Below are positions 61,096 through 64,000 of a stretch of 64,000 nucleotides of DNA, in pieces. The DNA is taken from positions 248,001 through 312,000 of the forward strand of contig JAPDFW010000055.1 in NCBI GenBank assembly GCA_028826165.1, written 5' to 3'. Below the pieces are notes generated by a model. That model ran no database searches, was not told where the DNA came from, and was given only the letters and a program-made list of their open reading frames with translations. The translations under genes and the position numbers were made by a program. Every line of letters begins with the position of its first letter. The first letter of the stretch is position 1. The DNA comes from Anaeramoeba ignava BMAN. Lineage: Eukaryota > Protista > Anaeramoebae.

Positions 61096-61418
61096 AGAAT
61101 TTAAACAAAACAAACTTAAAAAAAAAATTCCATTCTTCTTTTTTCCTTTTTTTTTTTCTTCTATTTTTTTTTAAAAAAACATAAATTCCAAACTTTAAAT
61201 AATTTTCTTAGAAGTTTTGGAAATTCGATTAGATTCATAAAAATTAAACAGTCTTTTTATCTTTAATAAAACAAATTTTTTTTTTTTTTTAATAAATTAA
61301 AAAACGTTAAAAAAATTTGTTTTTTTTCTTTTAAAAAACCGTTAATATTTTAATTAATATTTTTATTTTTATTTTTTTATTTTTCATTTTTATTTTTTAT
61401 TTTTATTTTTTTTTAATA

Positions 61419-62243
61419 ATGAAATCAACAAAAAAAAGTAAATCAAAAGATCATAAAAAAAAAGATCATAAAAAAAAGAAAAGTAACAAATTAGAAAGAC
61501 CAAAAAAAGCAAGAAATCCTTTCTTACTTTTTGCAGCTGATAAAAGAGCAAAAGTTATGAAAGAAAATCCTTCAATCCGAGTTGGAGAATTAAATCACAA
61601 ATTAGCAGAACTTTGGAAAAATGTTTCAAAAGAAAAAAAAGAAGTAACGATTATTTAAATTTAATTAAAAAAATTTTTTAATTTTAATTTTTATTTTTAA
61701 ATTTTAAATAGAAATATGCAAAAAAATCTCAAGAAGAAAAAGCAAAATATGAAGAAGAAATGAAAATATTTCTTGAAAAGAAAAAGCAAATGGAATCAGA
61801 ATCTGATCAAGATGATGAAACAAAAGGAAAAAGATTTTTCAGAAAGCTTTTGGATTTAGAACCCCCAAAAAGACCCAAAAACGCTTATTGGTTGTATCTT
61901 GAATCAATTAGAGGAGAAATTGCAGATAAAGATAAAAAACACAAAATTGGAGATATAAGTGCGAATATGTCCCAAAAATGGAAAAATTTAGATCCTCAAG
62001 AAAAAGAAGTAAATTAATTAAAATAAATTAAATTAAATTAAAAGTTGATTAAAAATTTTTTCTTTCTTTTCTTTTTTTTTTTGTTAGAAATTCGCTAAAA
62101 AAGCTAAAAAAGAAAAAGAAAAATATCTTCAAGAACTTAAAGCTTTTAATGAAAAAAAACTTAAAATGTTTGATTCTACTTCTGGTGATGATTCTAATCT
62201 TGATGAATATTTTGAAACTTCTTCTGAAGAAGATTCTAATTAA
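61419..62243 (+). CDS. double HMG-box protein with acidic tail (exons 61419-61643, 61712-62008, 62088-62243)
   Basis: PKKARNPFLLF...LAELWKNVS and PKRPKNAYWLY...MSQKWKNLD; acidic C-terminus. Confidence 0.9.
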
Positions 62244-62405
62244 AGAAAAAGAAAAAATTTTTATTCATTAATTCAATTTAGGAATTGTTTGCTTTTTTTT
62301 TTTCACTTAACCAAAAAAAAATTTATTCAATTTGATCGTCCACTTTTTTTTTTTCTTCTTTTAATAATAATAAAAAAAAAGCAAAAAAAAAAAGTTTTGT
62401 TATTT

Positions 62406-63672
62406 TTATTTCTTCAATTTTTTTAAATTATCAAATAATAAAGAATTTTCATTCATTTGATAATATTCAATAAAATTTTCCAATTCATTAATTATTTCAG
62501 AACTCAATGATTCATCCAATTTATCAAAATAAAGAAACTTCAAAAAACTTGATATTGCATCGCTTGAACTACCAAGATAATCAGAAACACTATTTGATTT
62601 ATCATCCACAGAAAGAAACATTCCACGAAATAAACCAGTTCTTGCAAAAAGTATAAACTTATGAACTTTAAATTTTTTTTCTTCAACAACAATTACAAAA
62701 TCCTTTGTTTCATCTTCAAAATACAATTCTTGTAAATTTGGAATAACACCATTTCTTCCTTTATTTCTTTTAATCCAATCTTTTGCCAATCCAAGTTCTT
62801 TTACCTGTTCTTTCAAAATTCCTCTATTTTTTTCTTCAATAATTCCCGAATAAAGAAAACTAAAAAATATTTTTGCCAGTTCAACTTTTTTAAATTTGAA
62901 AAAGTTTATTATTCGAAATAATTCTTGAACACCGCCAATTTTTTTCTGAATTAAACATTGAATAATCCCAATTTTCCCATCAGAGCATTGAATAGTAAGG
63001 TCTGTGAGTTCTTGTTGTTCGAAAAGGTTTTTCATTTCTTCCAATATGCATTTTTGTTGTAGAAATAATTTATGGATCTCTGGATTAGTAGTTAAATTAA
63101 TTGGAAGTAAGCCCTAAATATTGAATCAAGAGTATTTATATTTTAAATATTTTAAATATTTTTATATTTTTTGAGAATTAATTTACTTTCTAAATTTGAT
63201 TATTTAAAATTAATGTTGTTTAAAAAATTTTCATTTCATTTTTTTCTTTACCTTTGTTCTTGCTAAAAAATCTGCTCCTAATTCTATTAAAAGATGAACA
63301 ATTTTTGGATCATTTTTATATTGGCAAGCACAATGCAAAGGAGTAAGTTTCTATCAATAATTTTAAAGTATTTTAATAAGTTTTGCAAAAGGAAAAGAAA
63401 TATTTTTTTTGTTCTTCTTTTTTTTTGTTTACCCACTTTAATTTATTAATCAAAAAAAATGGAATAAATTTGGAATGAATTACCAATTATGGAATAATTA
63501 TTACTCCCTATTAATAAATCAAATAAATTCTCAATTAATCTATATATGAATAATTTGAAATGAATTTGAGATTAACAGTTTTTGCATGAATATTTGCTCC
63601 ATTTTCAATTAAAAGTTTTACAACTTCAAATCCTGATTTATAAATGCATGCATAATGCAATGGAGTATTGTT
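62406..63672 (-). CDS. ankyrin-BTB-BTB protein, 3' part (exons 63672-63577, 63350-63252, 63113-62406); 5' end lies beyond the window
   Basis: Ankyrin exons NTPLHYACIYK...LIENGANIH and LTPLHCACQYK...LIELGADF; the BTB pair is clearly paralogous to 30186-33362. Confidence 0.85.
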
Positions 63673-63789
63673 CTTAAATAGATTTAAATAAATAATAATA
63701 ATAATAATTCACTTAAATATTTTAATTTGTCTTTTATTTATTTTGATAAATTAAAATACATACTAAAAAAATTATTTATAAAAATTCAA

Positions 63790-64000
63790 CAAATTTTTAA
63801 TCAAATATTTAATTAAATTTTTAATCAAATTTTTAATCAAATTTTTAATTAAATTTTTAATCAAATTTTTAATCAATTTTTAATTAAATTTTTAATTAAA
63901 TATTTAATCAAATTTTTAATTAAATTTTTAATCAAATTTTTAATCAAATTTTTAATCAAATTTTTAATTAAATATTTAATCAAATTTTTAATAAATTTTT
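63790..64000. repeat. 12-bp satellite (AAATTTTTAATC)n, probably intronic
   Basis: Direct reading; runs off the window edge. Confidence 0.8.

Noticed and set aside
1-64000. Inteins/Hint domains, transposases, tRNA or rRNA genes
   Set aside because: No recognisable motifs by eye; small ncRNAs such as vault RNA cannot be excluded without covariance-model searches.

Overview
Extremely AT-rich eukaryotic genomic DNA with GT-AG spliceosomal introns. The composition, ankyrin-BTB-BTB paralogues and anaerobe-type enzymes suggest a protist such as the metamonad Anaeramoeba; this is an inference, not verified. About 19 protein genes can be reconstructed, several only by manual splicing: two tandem alpha-actinin-like genes with an expanded 139-aa spectrin-repeat rod, a TBC1D13-like RabGAP, a GATA-finger/tandem-BRCT protein, a GATAD1-like GATA+BAH-like protein, MOB4/phocein, major vault protein, two ankyrin-BTB-BTB genes, a RasGEF, a synergin-gamma-like protein, an archaeal-type arginyl-tRNA synthetase, a bacterial-type GNAT, a Rab, a beta-alpha fused NAD(P) transhydrogenase, a five-exon prokaryote-type dCTP deaminase, a double HMG-box protein and two unknown ORFs. 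Main themes: (i) prokaryote-type genes that carry introns or host-type repeats; (ii) 1-2.2 kb introns each filled by its own satellite; (iii) intergenic ~44-bp and ~145-bp satellites; (iv) many single-base frameshifts, most likely assembly errors. All family calls come from motif recognition by eye; no database search was run.
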